A stretch of 14,844 nucleotides of DNA from Armatimonadota bacterium (GTDB taxonomy: Bacteria > Armatimonadota > UBA5829 > DTLH01): positions 1-14,844 of the forward strand of contig JBDKUN010000017.1 of NCBI GenBank assembly GCA_039679675.1, given 5' to 3'. This document shows, one piece after another, positions 7,590 through 14,844 of this stretch (the stretch's first letter is position 1; each line of letters opens with the position of its first letter). The notes below the pieces were generated by a model that was not told the DNA's origin, ran no database searches, and saw only the letters and a program-made list of their open reading frames with translations. Both the position numbers and the translations under genes were made by a program.

Positions 7590-7609
7590 AATTAAGGCAC
7601 ACCTAAATT
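7590..7609. promoter_or_regulatory. DtxR/MntR/SirR-type operator box
   Basis: AATTAAGG-CACA-CCTAAATT, one mismatch from the TTAGG-N4-CCTAA palindrome typical of DtxR-family boxes; lies between the feoB promoter and its RBS. Confidence 0.65.
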
Positions 7610-7634
7610 AAGCTGGAGGAGTTACCGAAAGATT

Positions 7635-9752
7635 ATGGATTGTCGCACTGCAGGAAACGAAATCAAGACAGATTTACCGCAGTTGATCCTCGTCGGCAAT
7701 CCAAATGTAGGCAAAAGCTCCATATTCGGCGCGCTTACCGGCAAGTATGTAACAGTTTCCAACTATCCCGGCACCACGGTAGAAGTCTCCCAGGGAAATG
7801 TGACCCTAAATAAGCGCAAGTATCTGGTCATAGACACTCCAGGCGCGAATTCTCTTGTCCCAATGTCGGAAGACGAGCAGGTGACGAGGGACATTCTCAT
7901 CGAAGCAGATAAAGCGACCGTCGTACAGGTCGCCGACTCCAAAAACCTCCGGCGGGGGCTTGTAGTATCTACCCAGCTTGCCGAGTTCGAGATGCCGTTC
8001 ATCCTGGTACTCAATATGGCGGATGAAGCGCGGAGCCGGGGAATCAGAATCAATACAAGCGGTCTTCAAAAAGCTCTCGGCGTCCATGTGGTAAGCACTA
8101 CAGCCACTCAGCGGCAGGGGATAGACCGGCTGATGAGCGGAATAAGCCAGGCTGTACTCTCTTCGCATAGAATCAAATTTGACAGGCTGATCGAGGAGTC
8201 AACAAGCGAGATAGAAGCACTTCTGACCGGCATAGAGAAGGGAAAAAGGGGAATTGCGCTTACCGTCCTTTCAGGTGATGACAGCTTTACGCCGTGGCTG
8301 CACGATCACCTGCCCGAGCAGACGATAAAAGAGATCGAGGCCATCCGGTCGCGCACTCAGGAGAAATATACACAGCCGCTCGGTTATGTTATCAACCTTC
8401 GACGCTTGAGAGCAGTCGACAGGTTAGTGAGATCGCTTCAGACAACGGAAAAGACTCTTCTCCGGCGCGCCAGAAAGCGGAGCAGGCTCCGGCGAGTCCA
8501 TCCGCTCATCTCGCTTCCGATCTTCGCCGCTGCGCTCTATGGGTTGAGCATGCTTACGGCAATGAATCCGCTCTTCGCGCTCCTCAGCATCCCGCTTCTT
8601 CTTTTCTCGCTTTATATGTTCGGCGACTGGGGGACTCACCAGGTCTACGGAATCCCGATTTTGATCGGTGTACTATATTTGACATGGCTTTTCGTCGGCG
8701 ATTTCGGCGCGGGAGCGGCTGTAAATTTCCTGCAGGACACAGTTTTCGGCAAATATATCAATCCGGGAGCATCCTGGCTGATAGCGCGGGTCCTTCCGTG
8801 GAATATAGCGAAAGAACTCCTCATCGGACAGTATGGCATCATCACGATGGCGATGACGTATGCCATAGCAATCGTTCTTCCAATCGTCGGGACGTTCTTC
8901 ATCGCGTTCGGAATGCTGGAAGATTCAGGATACCTCCCAAGGCTTGCCGTGATGGTCGATAAGATATTCAAGGCGATGGGCCTAAACGGCAAGGCGGTGC
9001 TCCCGATGGTCCTCGGGCTCGGATGCGGCACAATGGCGACACTTACCGCCCGGATTCTCGACACCAAGCGCGAAAGGGTCATAGTAACCCTTCTCCTCGC
9101 GCTCGGAGTGCCATGTTCTGCCCAACTCGGAGTGATTTTAGGCATTTTCGGGTCGACTGGAGCCCCGTTTGCGGCTATGGCGATATGGATGGGAGTCGTG
9201 TTTGGAGTGATTTTCCTGGTAGGCTACCTCGCAGGAAAGCTCATGCCGGGTGAAAAGACGGATTTCATAATGGAAGTACCTCCGACTAGGCTGCCACAGA
9301 TCACAAACATCGCAATAAAAACGTTTGCGAGGATGACATGGTATCTCAAAGAAGCAGTGCCGCTTTTTATCATCGGCACATTGGTGCTTTTCTTCTCTGA
9401 TAAGCTCAAACTACTGAGTCTCATAGAGAAGGCGGCGGCCCCGGCGGTTCAGGGACTTCTTGGTCTTCCTGCCAAGGCTACTGAGGCTTTCATCATCAGT
9501 TTTTTGCGGCGGGATTACGGTGTTGCGGGGCTCTATCAAATGTCGAAGGCGGGCCAGCTCGATACGGTGCAGATAATCGTCGGCATCGTCACAATAACGC
9601 TTTTCGTGCCGTGCCTTCCGAACTTCCTGGTGATAATCAAGGAGCGCGGAATAAAGACGGCGATAGCAATTATATTATTCATTATCCCGTTTTCGTTCCT
9701 CGTCGGAGGAGCGCTTAACTGGATCTTGAGAGGTTTGAGAATTTTTAGTTAG
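7635..9752 (+). CDS. feoB: Ferrous iron transporter B
   Basis: G1 GNPNVGKS, G2 NYPGTTVE, G3 DTPG, G4 NMAD; membrane part LEDSGYLPR, GLGC, PCSAQ, FIMEVPP, FVPC. RBS GGAGGAG. Confidence 0.96.
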   Translation: MDCRTAGNEIKTDLPQLILVGNPNVGKSSIFGALTGKYVTVSNYPGTTVEVSQGNVTLNKRKYLVIDTPGANSLVPMSEDEQVTRDILIEADKATVVQVADSKNLRRGLVVSTQLAEFEMPFILVLNMADEARSRGIRINTSGLQKALGVHVVSTTATQRQGIDRLMSGISQAVLSSHRIKFDRLIEESTSEIEALLTGIEKGKRGIALTVLSGDDSFTPWLHDHLPEQTIKEIEAIRSRTQEKYTQPLGYVINLRRLRAVDRLVRSLQTTEKTLLRRARKRSRLRRVHPLISLPIFAAALYGLSMLTAMNPLFALLSIPLLLFSLYMFGDWGTHQVYGIPILIGVLYLTWLFVGDFGAGAAVNFLQDTVFGKYINPGASWLIARVLPWNIAKELLIGQYGIITMAMTYAIAIVLPIVGTFFIAFGMLEDSGYLPRLAVMVDKIFKAMGLNGKAVLPMVLGLGCGTMATLTARILDTKRERVIVTLLLALGVPCSAQLGVILGIFGSTGAPFAAMAIWMGVVFGVIFLVGYLAGKLMPGEKTDFIMEVPPTRLPQITNIAIKTFARMTWYLKEAVPLFIIGTLVLFFSDKLKLLSLIEKAAAPAVQGLLGLPAKATEAFIISFLRRDYGVAGLYQMSKAGQLDTVQIIVGIVTITLFVPCLPNFLVIIKERGIKTAIAIILFIIPFSFLVGGALNWILRGLRIFS

Positions 9753-9753
9753 A

Positions 9754-9799
9754 ATCACCCTCACCGTGGCCTCCTCCCCAGGTTGTGATGAGGGGTGAT
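9754..9799. repeat. Intergenic stem-loop between feoB and the DtxR/FeoA gene
   Basis: ATCACCC-TCA...TGA-G-GGGTGAT outer stem plus a G-U-rich inner stem 9765-9771/9781-9787. Confidence 0.45.
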
Positions 9800-9822
9800 A
9801 TGAAATAGAAAGGGACTGAAAG

Positions 9823-10530
9823 TTGCGTAGATGGCGTAGAGGGTTTAGAGGCGGAAACGAACACCAGGACGAGCGGTTCGAGCCCAAGTTCGACTGCAAG
9901 GTGGACGAACTTCTTGAGATGGCATGGATTCTGGAAGAAGAAGGGAGCGACAGCTTCGAGGAACTGAAGATCCGCGCCGACCACGATTTTGACGTACAGT
10001 TCGAAAACGCGAGCCAGGCAGGGATGCTCGAGGTCAAAGGCGGCAAATTTACGCTCCTGCCGAATGGCCGCGAGCGCGCGCGGGAGATTATCCGGCGGCA
10101 CAGGCTGACTGAGGTGCTTTTGACCGAGCTTTTCGATATGGAAGAGTCTCATGCGGAGTCAGACGCCTGCCGGTTCGAGCACATCCTGAGTCCAGAAGTC
10201 ACCGAAAGCGTCTGTACGCTCCTCGGACACCCTCCCACCTGCCCCCACGGAAAGCCGATTCCGCGCGGCGAATGCTGCGAGAAGTTCAAAAAGGAGATGA
10301 CTCCGCTCGTCACGCCGCTTATGGAGCTTCGGCCCGGAGATACAGGCCGGATCGTCTTCATAACGCCGAAGTCTCACACTATTCTCGACCGGCTTACGTC
10401 ACTTGGTATAGTCCCCGGAAGCGAGGTGCGGCTCCACCAGAAGCGGCCGACCTGCATAGTCAAAATAGGCGAGACGGACATCGCCATCGACAGCAACATC
10501 GCCCGCGAGATATTCGTTAAGAGAGTATAA
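9823..10530 (+). CDS. DtxR/MntR-family metal-binding protein with C-terminal FeoA (SH3-like) domain
   Basis: RRHRLTEVLL...ACRFEHILS...LGHPPTCPHGKPIP dimerisation/metal domain; C-terminal L.ELRPGDTGRIV...RLTSLGIVPGSEV...IVKIGETDIAID...IFV FeoA domain. TTG start uncertain. Confidence 0.88.
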   Translation: MRRWRRGFRGGNEHQDERFEPKFDCKVDELLEMAWILEEEGSDSFEELKIRADHDFDVQFENASQAGMLEVKGGKFTLLPNGRERAREIIRRHRLTEVLLTELFDMEESHAESDACRFEHILSPEVTESVCTLLGHPPTCPHGKPIPRGECCEKFKKEMTPLVTPLMELRPGDTGRIVFITPKSHTILDRLTSLGIVPGSEVRLHQKRPTCIVKIGETDIAIDSNIAREIFVKRV

Positions 10531-10551
10531 GGAGCGGAGTGATATTGAAGA

Positions 10552-10591
10552 GAAGGCCGGTGGATGATTATCCGCCGGCCTTCCTGTTTTT
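10552..10591. terminator. Intrinsic terminator between convergent genes
   Basis: 14-bp stem GAAGGCCGGTGGAT-GATT-ATCCGCCGGCCTTC followed by CTGTTTTT on the + strand. Confidence 0.8.
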
Positions 10592-10919
10592 AGCGTCTTG
10601 CATGATGGAGTTTCGTGAAATATCTCTTTGCGTGGTGTTTACCGTTATAATACACCCGGCGATGGCCATTCTGGTAAGATTGCCATTTGGTTTCCTGCTG
10701 GCGCGCTTTGCTATACTGGCGCCACGCGTAATACGATCCGGCCCCGAGGACAAGTCCCTGTGTTCCTTTGCCTTTTGCCAGACTGTATATTGCCGCAGCT
10801 GTCGCTGCAATGGCTGTGTTCCTTCGGCCGGTACTGCCGGCCATGGCTATCGTAGGTGTCAACACAGTCAATACGAAAAGTGATAGTGTTACGAAAATCC
10901 CAGCCTTCCTGGCTCTCAT
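10590..10919 (-). CDS. Small basic secreted or membrane-associated hypothetical protein
   Basis: 109 aa, signal-peptide-like N-terminus ending AMA, Ala/Gly-rich hydrophobic segments, Arg/His/Tyr-rich tail; RBS GAGGAG upstream on the minus strand. Confidence 0.75.
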   Translation of the reverse strand: MRARKAGIFVTLSLFVLTVLTPTIAMAGSTGRRNTAIAATAAAIYSLAKGKGTQGLVLGAGSYYAWRQYSKARQQETKWQSYQNGHRRVYYNGKHHAKRYFTKLHHARR

Positions 10920-10997
10920 GGTATTACTCCTCTTCTAAGAAGCTTCAGGCATCACCTGAAACTTGCCTGACGATTCTCAGCTAATTACAGCTGAATA

Positions 10998-12020
10998 TCA
11001 TTTATGCAGTATCTGCTCTATCTTCTCCAGCTTTTTGTAACTGTCTTTATCTTTATCTTTGTTTTTCTTGTCCCAGCCTTTGTGTTTGCCGATCTCCCAA
11101 CCTTTGTGCAGGCCGTTATCTTTCTTATACTCGCGGTCGTTACCTGGGCGATAATCCCGGCCGTTCGTATACCAGGACCGGGTTTTGCTGCTGGCCTTCT
11201 CTTTTTGATCCGCGATACTTGTATCAATCACCGCTGTGACGCCTGCGCCGTCCACGCGCTTCATTTTGAGCGGGTTTGAAGAATTTGTCGGAACGAGGAC
11301 CTTAACACGGAACTTGCCGCTAGAGAACAGGTCTTCATACTGCCATACTGCAGCGACCTTATCCACTATGCGGCCCGTACTCGCCACTTGTGCGCCGCCG
11401 ACATAGGCTTTTTCTCCGAAACTCGCCATTGGGACGACCGCTGTCACTGCGTTTTTGTTGAACGTGATCGTATTTACGAATTTATCGATCGACTTGGATG
11501 CTGCCTTGACTCCAACGGCTACCGCTGCGGCTCTCAGGACTTCTCCGCCTTTGATGCTGCCGCTGTAGTACTCATTACTCAGCCCACCGGCCAGAGCTAC
11601 ATCGATTACAGCCGATACACCGATTTTTTCCACTCTCTTCAGCTGAAGGGGGTTCAAGCTGGAGCTGGGAACAAGCGCTTTTATCCTGTAACGCCCGTTA
11701 TCGAAGTTCTGCTCATACTGAAATACCGCTTTGACGTTCTTAATCAGCTTTGCAGGGCCTGTGACCTGCGCGCCGCCGACATAGCCCTTATCACCGACTG
11801 AAAGGACCGGCACTACCTTGGTATCGAGCTTGCTGGATAAGCCCTTCTGAAACGTTATCGTGTTGATAAACTTGTCCAGCGCACCTGCCGATTGTTTGAC
11901 CGCATAACCGATTGCCACTCCTCTGAGAGCCTTTGTCCCAATCGATACCGCTCCCGCCGGAACAACAACCGCCGCGAACATCGCGGCAATCACAACTAAA
12001 ACTACCAACTTCTTTATCAT
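10998..12020 (-). CDS. Secreted hypothetical protein with an internally duplicated ~110-aa domain and Lys-rich tail
   Basis: 340 aa, signal peptide (..PAGA); repeats at aa ~31-141 and ~161-267 sharing DKF.NTITF, VVP..S.G.K.YVGGAQV, AV.QYE..F..G..R.K.LVP..S.NPL..KRV...GV.AVID; RBS AGGAGG. Confidence 0.88.
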   Translation of the reverse strand: MIKKLVVLVVIAAMFAAVVVPAGAVSIGTKALRGVAIGYAVKQSAGALDKFINTITFQKGLSSKLDTKVVPVLSVGDKGYVGGAQVTGPAKLIKNVKAVFQYEQNFDNGRYRIKALVPSSSLNPLQLKRVEKIGVSAVIDVALAGGLSNEYYSGSIKGGEVLRAAAVAVGVKAASKSIDKFVNTITFNKNAVTAVVPMASFGEKAYVGGAQVASTGRIVDKVAAVWQYEDLFSSGKFRVKVLVPTNSSNPLKMKRVDGAGVTAVIDTSIADQKEKASSKTRSWYTNGRDYRPGNDREYKKDNGLHKGWEIGKHKGWDKKNKDKDKDSYKKLEKIEQILHK

Positions 12021-12072
12021 CGAATACCTCCTGCAGGCTTCTACCTAATATTTGTAACTCTCTAGGTTATAA

Positions 12073-12097
12073 GACGCGGCTGCTGAAGAGTCGTTCC
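12073..12097 (-). promoter_or_regulatory. ECF-sigma-type promoter
   Basis: Minus strand GGAAC (12097-12093), 16-nt spacer, CGTC (12076-12073) then TTAT, ~50 nt upstream of the 340-aa ORF. Confidence 0.55.
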
Positions 12098-12204
12098 CTT
12101 GCTACAATTGATTTTTACAGATGTCAGAAGGCCGCAATTTCCCATGCATGAAGCGTCATGTAATTAATGGGCGAGGTGCTCACTATGTTACAGAGGCAAT
12201 TGCA

Positions 12205-12918
12205 ATGAAGAAAACACCCATGCACATTCTGCTGATTATAATGCTGCTCTTTTTCGCACGAGCAGCAACTGCCGAGACAACACCGGAATCAGACCAGAAG
12301 GTCAAATACGCTTCTTTCTCCGAATTAAGCCGCGAAGAAAAGCCTGATGTCGATTTCAGGGTTGCCTACAGGCCCGGAGGAAAATCTTTCCTCATCGCAG
12401 CTCCCCACGGAGGTGCTATAGAACCCGGATCGACAGAACTCGCCGCTGCGTTTGCGGGTGACCAGTTCGGGCTGTATACCTTTAACGGGCTAAAGCGCGA
12501 TTCTTCTATTCTTTATCTGCTCTCCACAAATTTTGACGAGCCTGAATTAGTTCGGGTTACAAAAATCTACAGCACGACTATTTCTGTTCACGTTATTAGC
12601 GGAACCGACCGCCTGGTATATGTCGGCGGACGATACAGGCAGCTCGCCTCCCTAATAAGCCAGTCGCTTAAGGATAAAGGCTACGATGTCAAACCGCTTC
12701 CCGAAACATCAGCGGCGTTCAGCATGTCCAATTTCATCAACAAGACTCCTGCAGGCGGGGTGCAGCTGGAAATATCGAGCGCGCTCGCAGAGAGAATGTT
12801 CCGTGGGCCGATTACAAGTGAGCGTGTGCGCCAGGACATGACAAGGCGCACAGTCGATTTCACCAGGTTCGTAGAGGCAGTCCGCCTCGTCCTGCAGCGT
12901 GCCGCGCCGAAGGGGTAG
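12205..12918 (+). CDS. Poly-gamma-glutamate hydrolase family (PghP/DUF867-like) protein with signal peptide
   Basis: Motifs APHGGAIEPGSTELA, STNFDEP, SVH, VYVGG, GVQLEIS. Start placed at ATG 12205 (GAGG at 12193-12196; MKKTPMHILLIIMLLFFARAATA signal peptide) rather than 12121. Confidence 0.8.
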   Translation: MKKTPMHILLIIMLLFFARAATAETTPESDQKVKYASFSELSREEKPDVDFRVAYRPGGKSFLIAAPHGGAIEPGSTELAAAFAGDQFGLYTFNGLKRDSSILYLLSTNFDEPELVRVTKIYSTTISVHVISGTDRLVYVGGRYRQLASLISQSLKDKGYDVKPLPETSAAFSMSNFINKTPAGGVQLEISSALAERMFRGPITSERVRQDMTRRTVDFTRFVEAVRLVLQRAAPKG

Positions 12919-12951
12919 GAAAGGGAATAGCTGTTTTTTGCCTCCGAAAAC

Positions 12952-12980
12952 TTGCCGATGTTTGCTTGCTGTGCTATATT
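12952..12980 (+). promoter_or_regulatory. Sigma70 promoter for dnaN
   Basis: TTGCCG (12952-12957), 17-nt spacer, extended -10 TGc-TATATT (12972-12980). Confidence 0.6.
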
Positions 12981-13022
12981 ATAGCGATAGTGTTCTGCAT
13001 GAAGTTTGGAGGCTGAAAAGGT

Positions 13023-14123
13023 ATGAAGATAGTATGCTCGCGGAAGGATCTTTTTGATGGAGTTCAGACTGCCGCCAGGGCTGTAAGCTCCAGGTCATCG
13101 CTGCCTATTCTATCGCATTTGCTCATAAGCGCACAGGATGGAATGGTCAAACTTGCGGCTACGGACCTTGAAATCGGGGTAGAGTGTAAGATCAATGCGA
13201 GCATAGAGGAGCCGGGCTCTCTCACCGTACCTGCCAAAATAATCTCCGAGATGCTCTCTACCCTGCCTGAGAGCGATGTAACGATCTCAGTGGATGAGAG
13301 CAACCGTGTCAGCCTCAAATGCGGAACGTCAGACTACCAAATATTGGGACTCCCTGCAGAAGAGTTCCCGATGCTCCCAGAAGTCAAGGACGAAGTTTCC
13401 TTTACCATAGAGAAGTCAGTTTTAAGAAGCACTATCGAGAAGACTATCTTTGCCGTCTCCCAGGATGAGTCCAGGGCATCGCTGACAGGTGTCCTCATCA
13501 TGCTCGAAGAAGGCGAGCTGAGGCTGGTATCCACGGACACCCACAGGCTTTGTATGATGGAATGCCCGATCACAGAAGGCAAGGGGCAGACCGCGGCCAT
13601 AGTGCCCGGAAGGGCTATGGGAGAGCTGCACAGGATAGTCCAGGACGAGGACGGAGTCGTTACGGTAAATGTCTCACAGAGCCAGGTGCTCTTCTCCGTA
13701 GACGGTACTGTGCTTATTTCGAGGTTGATCGAAGGACAGTTCCCCAACTTCCAGAAGGTTATCCCCCAGGAGTTCAACAAGCAGTTGATAGTCCCGACCG
13801 ACCAGCTCCTTCAGAGCGTGCGCCGCGCGGCTATCGTCGCCAGAGAGAACGCGAACAGGGTGGTTTTACGGACACAGGACGCGAAACTGACCGTTACCGC
13901 CGAAAGCAGCTCGGTCGGAACAGCCTACGAGGAAGTTGACATCGTTATCGACGGCGAAGACATCGAGATGGCCTTTAGCGCGAAGTATCTGATGGATTTT
14001 CTCGGCGTAATCGGCACTGAAGCAATCGAAATGCAGCTTACCGGCAACCTGAGCCCGGCGCTTTTGAAGCCACAGGACGATGAGACTTACAATTACGTGC
14101 TGATGCCAATGCAGCTCAGGTAA
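13023..14123 (+). CDS. dnaN: DNA polymerase III beta sliding clamp
   Basis: 366 aa; LPILS, ATDLE, EEFP.LP, STDTHRL, SRLIEGQFPNFQKVIP, AFSAKYL.D, C-terminal YVLMPM. RBS GGAGG. Confidence 0.97.
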   Translation: MKIVCSRKDLFDGVQTAARAVSSRSSLPILSHLLISAQDGMVKLAATDLEIGVECKINASIEEPGSLTVPAKIISEMLSTLPESDVTISVDESNRVSLKCGTSDYQILGLPAEEFPMLPEVKDEVSFTIEKSVLRSTIEKTIFAVSQDESRASLTGVLIMLEEGELRLVSTDTHRLCMMECPITEGKGQTAAIVPGRAMGELHRIVQDEDGVVTVNVSQSQVLFSVDGTVLISRLIEGQFPNFQKVIPQEFNKQLIVPTDQLLQSVRRAAIVARENANRVVLRTQDAKLTVTAESSSVGTAYEEVDIVIDGEDIEMAFSAKYLMDFLGVIGTEAIEMQLTGNLSPALLKPQDDETYNYVLMPMQLR

Positions 14124-14192
14124 AAAGAGGCTATTTTACTCGGATTTGATCTCGATCTCATCCAATTCATCTGTTTAGGAGTTCGGAGTGCT

Positions 14193-14486
14193 TTAGCGCG
14201 AGCTCTGCGCTGAAGCATTCCCAGCTAAATACATCACAACCCCAATAAAGATTCCAAAAACAAGAGAACCCATGCACCCCTCATCAAGTGGCGCAAACCC
14301 GCCAACTACCTTGACAACCAAAGCTGTACTAAAAAGAACTAGAAATGCAGCTGAAGCTGCCCCAAGTCCCACTCTCGCAGACGAGGCACTCGGATAGCAT
14401 CTCTTCAGCACATGCACGGATAAATTGATCAAGTATACATATGCCGATCCAATTACGACACCATATAATACTGTTTTTAAGTGCAT
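14193..14486 (-). CDS. Small hypothetical membrane protein (about 3 TM helices)
   Basis: 97 aa from ATG 14486 preceded by GGAGG; three hydrophobic segments. Confidence 0.7.
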   Translation of the reverse strand: MHLKTVLYGVVIGSAYVYLINLSVHVLKRCYPSASSARVGLGAASAAFLVLFSTALVVKVVGGFAPLDEGCMGSLVFGIFIGVVMYLAGNASAQSSR

Positions 14487-14563
14487 AACAAATCCTCCGT
14501 AACAGTTCAGAGTTAATAAGTATAACATTATGCTGAACTATCATAACGCGATTCCGAATAGCT

Positions 14564-14625
14564 ACAACGTCATTCCGAGCTTGACTCGGAATCCAGGAAA
14601 AACTGGACTCTGAATCAAGAGTGAC
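14564..14625. repeat. REP-like double-hairpin palindromic repeat, copy 2
   Basis: ACAACGTCATTCCGAGCTTGACTCGGAATCCAGGAA...TGGACTCTGAATC..AGAGTGAC, homologous to 244-297 plus 367-374. Confidence 0.8.
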
Positions 14626-14844
14626 ATGCTAGTTCTATACTTCCCTATAGAAATGGCGTCAAGTACCCCCTGCGTCTATATGTATAATAGTTGCAGTTTG
14701 AGCGAATTCCCTATTGGCGCTTTGTATGCGCAGCTTATCCTCGCGTCTTTGGAGCCTCTCAATTCGGGACTGGACCATCATATGGTCAGAAGCATAGGAG
14801 GAGAGTGCCCCAATCCTTGATTATAGTGCGCATTATCCGCATTG

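Noticed and set aside
14626..14844. 64-aa ORF 14626-14820 and a possible gene start GTG at 14805 after AGGAGG
   Set aside because: The ORF looks non-coding; the GTG frame is cut by the window edge after 13 codons and has short SD spacing, so it cannot be supported.
1..14844. CRISPR array, tRNA, rRNA, integrase or transposase
   Set aside because: No regularly spaced direct repeats, cloverleaf/T-loop signatures or recombinase motifs were found by eye.

Overview
Bacterial chromosomal window; the PEP-CTERM tail style and the secreted-protein families suggest Armatimonadota or similar (inference only). Recognisable genes: carB, a DIP1984-family protein, a MarR-family regulator with a Cys-rich tail co-transcribed with an IscS/NifS cysteine desulfurase, a divergent feoB plus DtxR/FeoA-fusion operon, two secreted proteins behind an ECF-sigma-like promoter, a poly-gamma-glutamate-hydrolase-like protein, a stand-alone dnaN and three small membrane proteins. 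The most interesting signals are non-coding and lie in the AT-richer patch between carB and iscS: (i) a self-contained ~118-nt structured RNA candidate with a near-consensus sigma70 promoter and U-tail (3806-3923), and (ii) a ~260-nt structured, end-paired element with repeated ANUGU motifs directly after the DIP1984-family gene (4962-5221), suggesting a protein-RNA module. Upstream of carB there is a nest of three repeat or miniature elements; one of them recurs at 14564-14625 with compensatory base changes. All structures were paired by eye; no searches or folding programs were run.
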